Shown: piece after piece, positions 61,059-64,000 of the stretch
Position numbering within the stretch: the first letter of the stretch is position 1
Layout of the letters: each line of letters begins with the position of its first letter
Assembly: GCA_009602725.1 (NCBI GenBank)
Contig: WELB01000030.1
Location: 564,447 to 628,446 of the forward strand
Direction of reading: 5' to 3'
DNA: 64,000 nucleotides
DNA from: Spirogloea muscicola
Taxonomy: Eukaryota
The notes under the pieces: model-generated
The model's database searches: none
What the model was told of the DNA's origin: nothing
Seen by the model: only the letters and a program-made list of their open reading frames with translations
Program-made: the position numbers and the translations under genes

Positions 61059-61634
61059 GATAGATGTTACTAGCTTTGTCCTCTTAGACTCGTCACTCGA
61101 ATGTCCCCGTAGATTAGACTGCCACTCCTAAAGCATTGACAACCTGAGCCAGCAGTAGCCATTTGCACTGCTGGTGTCGGCGCAATTGTAACGCCAAACA
61201 GCAAGAATGATAATGAGCTGGCCACAACAATGCATTGCTCTTAGGCGTACATACCATCTCAGCGCGCAGTCCTGCTTGCCACGGGCATCGCAGGATCTAG
61301 AAGGACAAGTGAGACTTGGTCAAGCGAATACAGGCAACACAGGTCTGATGTTGACAGCAGGTGCTGAGGCTGCAACCGAGAGGGTTAGCCCAAGCTTTGG
61401 AAGGCATTGTGCCCATAGCACACTGTCAGGAGCCTACTGTAAGCTCGTTGCTAGCAGCAGCTACCTCCTGCTGCAGCTGCTTGCATTGTCGCTGAGGCTG
61501 CTGCTGCAGCTGCTGCTTGGAGCAGCTCGAGCAAGGCGCACAATGATGCTATCTACACCACTAAGGGCAGCATGTGAACGTGAGGTGGAAAGGAAAGGAG
61601 GGCGAAGAGTAGATGCGGCATGCAGAAAGATGAC

Positions 61635-64000
61635 TCAGTTGATCTTGACTGAGGCGTAGATGGTACGCACAAACCAGTAGCAGGCATAGAAGCCAATGGT
61701 GCCAGTAAGCACAAAGAAGGAGTAAGATATGATGACCATGTAACCGAAGTAGAGCACAGCTGACACGGGCTTCGTGATCTCCAGCTTCGTGAAGAAGTAG
61801 AAGGCAGCATACAGGAACAGGTAGAGGGCGGATGAGCCAGACGTGAGGTAGGCTCGCCACCACCAATGGTAGTCCTCAGAACACAGCTGGAAGTAGCACA
61901 GCACGATGGTGATCTCCGCGCAGGTCACAATCAGGATTACGAAGACAATGAAAAGGAAACCAAAGATGTAGTAGAACTGGTGCAGCCAGATGGAGGTGAG
62001 GATGAAGAAGAGCTCAATGAAGACCGCGCCGAAAGGTAGAATGCCTCCAATGAGGATGGAGAACACTGGGCGCATGTACCAGGCCTGCTCAGGGATCTGG
62101 CGGGGAATCTTGTTGGTCCTCACGGGGTCTTCGATGGCAGGCTTCTTGAAGCCAAAGTAGCTGCCAATGAAGACAAGGGGCACAGAGATGCCAAACCAGA
62201 GGAAGAAGAGCGCAAACATGGTGCCAAAAGGAACTGCTCCTGATGATTTCTCGCCCCAGATCAGGAAGTTGAGTATGGAGAAGAGGACGGATATGGTGCC
62301 TGGGAAAAGGAAGGCAGTCTTGAGGGTGTTCATCTTCCAGTCGGTGCCCTTGAACATCTTGTAGAGGCGTGACGAGGAGTAGCCAGCGAAGAGGCCCATG
62401 AAGACCCACAGGAGAAGCATGGCTGTTGTTAAGCCTCCGCGGTTGGCAGGTGACAAGAAGCCCAGTACGGCAAATGCCATGGTCACCACCGTCATGCCAA
62501 AGAACTGCACGCCCGTTCCGACAAACACGCACAGTAGGCCCGCCTGCGATGGGGGCCGGAAGACATCCCCATGAACGAGCTTCCAACCAGTCTCCTCCTG
62601 AGCCTCATCTTGCGTTTCAAGTTCGTTGTACTTTGATATGTCGCGGTGGAGAGTCCTCATCATGATCATGGCAACCATGCCCGACAGGAAAAGCACAATC
62701 ATCAGTGAGTTGATGATAGAAAACCAGTGGATGTGGTCATCTGTCATGAGCAGGTATGTGTCCCAACGAGAGGCCCACTTGATCTCATTGTTCATCTGGA
62801 AGACAAGACACACGCAGTGCTCTAGTCAGCTGCCATAGCAGATACTTACACCCACCACAACCTGTACAGTCCTCTCTCCCACTGCGTTCTTTTGAACAAG
62901 TCAAGCAACACCAGACCAGCGAGGTCCACTTCAGTGTTACTAATGCAAGATAACTGGCAAAAGTTTGTACCACCATCTGAAGATACAGCATGTGCTGCTG
63001 ACATCCTTCCTTAGGTCACCAAGGTAGGACACACAAATGGACGGCAAGGGTGATTATTGTCATGCAAATGATGCTCAAGTGGATGAAACATTCAATGATG
63101 GTCTGAATATGTCACTTGTAAGCCGGCAGTAAGCTGACCGTGAAATTGACGTCATGTGTGAAGATGATCTCGTCATTCTCCTCCACAGTCTGAAGGTCTG
63201 CTATGCGCTCCTCCACAAACTTCTTCTTCATGGGGTTGCAGGTATTCAGACGGGGCTTCATGGGGTCGAAAACACCGTCGTATGTATGCTTGATGCTGTC
63301 AACATCGAATAACACAAGTGCTTGCGTTACACACAGTCCTAGCGACCAACAGCAACAGTGGCTGGCCAAAAGGTGGAAGAGCTGATCATGAGACATAGAC
63401 TAGGTCAAGATGGAAGGGCCTGCTTCCCAAACCTTGGTGGCTACTACGGACTCTGTATGACACACTCTTGTGTCATGCAGTATTAACAGCCTCATCACCC
63501 TGCTCATCACCCGGCTCTGACCTATATAAGGTCCACAATATGATGTGCCTACTGCACACTGCTTCCCGCACAAGGCAGGCTGCACCGAACGAAATCTGCG
63601 GCATACCTGACAGGTTTGACCTCAAATCCTACGATGCGAGACGTCTCCGTGTTGGGATCCTTATGGATGAGGACAGTGAAGCTCAGGTGATTGTGGATGG
63701 CATAAGTGCCCTGCACAAGTGACAGTTCCCGGGTAGAATGTATCAGAGGCATGCAATGAGAGCCCCAACATGAAACTCGGGGGTGCAGAGAAAACAGCAG
63801 GCAGTTGCGGTGGACGGGCAATTGAATGGGTGACGGAACATACCTCCACCTTCTTTCCAACAGTGTATCCACGTTCATAGGTAGTGTACTTGCCATTCTC
63901 CAACTCGTGCACCTTGGGCATTGCTACTGGCAAATTGTCCAGAATCCTGAGGCGACAACAAGAGCTTAGCCAGCCACCAAGAGAGAACGGGCAGTAGCTT
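61635..64000 (-). CDS. Transmembrane 9 superfamily / EMP70 (TMN) protein, 3' part; continues beyond the window
   Basis: Motifs: IKWASRWDTYLLM..IHWFSIINSLMIVLFLSGMVAMIMMRTLHRDI..EETGWKLVHGDVFRPP, PVRTNKIPRQIP, GGILPFGAVFIEL, CSEDYHWWWR. Upstream exons include ILDNLPVA and YAIHNHLSF..RIVGFEVKP. Confidence 0.96.

Overview
Gene-dense eukaryotic nuclear DNA with many GT-AG introns. It most likely comes from a streptophyte green alga (inference: proteins resemble land-plant families, HMG-CoA reductase is present whereas chlorophytes lack the mevalonate pathway, and TTTAGGG motifs occur). This is a draft assembly with N-gaps at 20999-21548, 26122-26393 and 55143-55344 and single-n joins at 6631, 16275, 30629 and 40359. 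About 15 spliced genes are recognisable: MBD4-like glycosylase, MED10, F-box/LRR, HRS1/NIGT1-like GARP factor, MPP6, YY1, DUF2358, TBP, HMGR, an AAA ATPase, OST48, an ATAD2-like ATPase, XDH, mitochondrial PNPase and a TM9SF gene. Orphan exons of THG1 and TOM1 are stranded at (GCC)n tracts. The best candidate for a new system is an MBD4-type G:T mismatch glycosylase fused to an N-terminal CDCA7-type zf-4CXXC_R1 zinc finger, a possible hemimethyl-CpG reader standing in for the MBD. Also notable are a degenerate ATAD2 bromodomain, a hairpin-rich MITE/foldback cluster and palindrome array upstream of HMGR, a helically phased GTCGC array in a bidirectional promoter, and a small intronic dispersed repeat. 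Exon boundaries were read by eye and family calls come from remembered motifs, not database searches.
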